DNA of 64,000 nucleotides from an uncultured delta proteobacterium (GTDB lineage Bacteria > Desulfobacterota > Binatia > UBA9968): the NCBI GenBank assembly GCA_963760795.1, contig CAVXEP010000019.1:128001-192000 (forward strand). The letters are read 5' to 3'. The notes below the pieces were generated by a model. The model was not told the DNA's origin, did not search any database, and was given only the letters and a program-made list of their open reading frames with translations. The position numbers were made by a program, and so were the translations under genes. This document shows positions 63,136-64,000 of this stretch, in pieces. The stretch's first letter is position 1; every line of letters starts with the position of its first letter.

Positions 63136-64000
63136 TCAGCCCCATAGTTCTTGGCTCGCCAACTTGGCTCCTTCGGACAACGCATAGAGTTTAGCGAAAG
63201 CGAGACTGGCATCGGGGAGATGGCGCAAGCCACAATCGGTGCAGGCGATGACATTTTCTTTGCCGACAAGTTTGGCGAAACGCACGATGCGCTCGGCGAC
63301 CAGTTCGGGATGTTCGATGAAATAAGCTGATGTCGTCGATCACGCCAGGGAAGAGAATTTTGCCTTCCGGCAATTTAGTTTCTTGCCAAATCTTCCACTC
63401 ATGGCCATGGCGCGGGTTGGCCGATTCGATGGTGATACCGGTGACGTTGGCTTTAAGCACGATATCGATGACGTCGCGGAGCGCGATGTCGCGATGGTGC
63501 GGTCCTTCGTAGTTGCCCCAGCAAACATGGATGCGCACTTGTTCGCGCGGAATCGTTCTTAAGCGCATAGTTGAGGCACTCGACATGGCGTTCGATGACT
63601 TTACGAAATTGCTTGACGCTCAGGCTGGCGTAGTCCGTGTTGGCGCCGGAAGCCAAGTCCGGGCAGTCGAGTTGCAAGATGAAACCGGCGTCGACGATGG
63701 CCTGGTACTCTAGGCGCATGGTATCGGCGACCGCTTGCATGTAGCTTTCTTCGTTGGGGTAGAATTCATTGCGGAAAAAGCGCACGAAACAGCCGGGCGA
63801 AAGGGCCGACATAAAGACGTCGTGGGGTTGGGGCGTCGTTATCGCCGCGGCCAGCCGGGCGATGTCGGTTTCCACCGCGGCAAAATCACTCCAGCCGATG
63901 GGACCGGTACAGACATAAGCCAGGCCGCCGTTGTCATGGCCGTCGCTCTGGGCGCGCGCCAGGTCATGAAACTCGGCGATGTCGGTGCGGTAGTGGCGCG
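63136..64000 (-). CDS. cobalamin-independent methionine synthase II family protein (5' truncated; indels near 63560 and 63325)
   Basis: LQLDCPDLA, HVCWGNYEGPH, IESANPRHGHEW, PGVID and IACTDCG zinc ligands. Confidence 0.85.

Overview
A GC-rich (~58-60% by eye) bacterial chromosome segment. Gene content (many orphan solute-binding proteins, amidohydrolases, a Rieske oxygenase, sigma-54 systems) suggests a deltaproteobacterial-type organism such as Ca. Binatia (inference). Housekeeping blocks are coaBC-udg-nfeD-slipin, queA-tgt-yajC-secD-secF-recJ plus a YhhQ transporter, and gltX-tRNA(Gln)-tRNA(Glu) divergent from glnS. These alternate with accessory transport and catabolic genes. Many genes, including essential ones, carry single-base indels, best explained as uncorrected long-read errors. 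The most notable region is 40.3-49.4 kb: a lower-GC cassette (FadL-type outer-membrane channel, excisionase-like HTH, stand-alone FabF-like ketosynthase, membrane sensor half of a 7TM-GAF histidine kinase) joined to a host-GC kinase core. It is followed by two sigma-54 promoters sharing an upstream motif and IHF-like sites, a cryptic small transcript, an NtrC-type activator and a hybrid kinase. Together these form a candidate undescribed lipid-signal (quorum-sensing-like) system. Other oddities are an exported cysteine-less superoxide-reductase-like protein, a PAS-HisKA-REC protein without an ATPase domain, tandem APC-USP permeases, a candidate structured RNA, several families of intergenic palindromes and a dead VapC toxin. 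All calls come from reading the sequence; no database searches were run.
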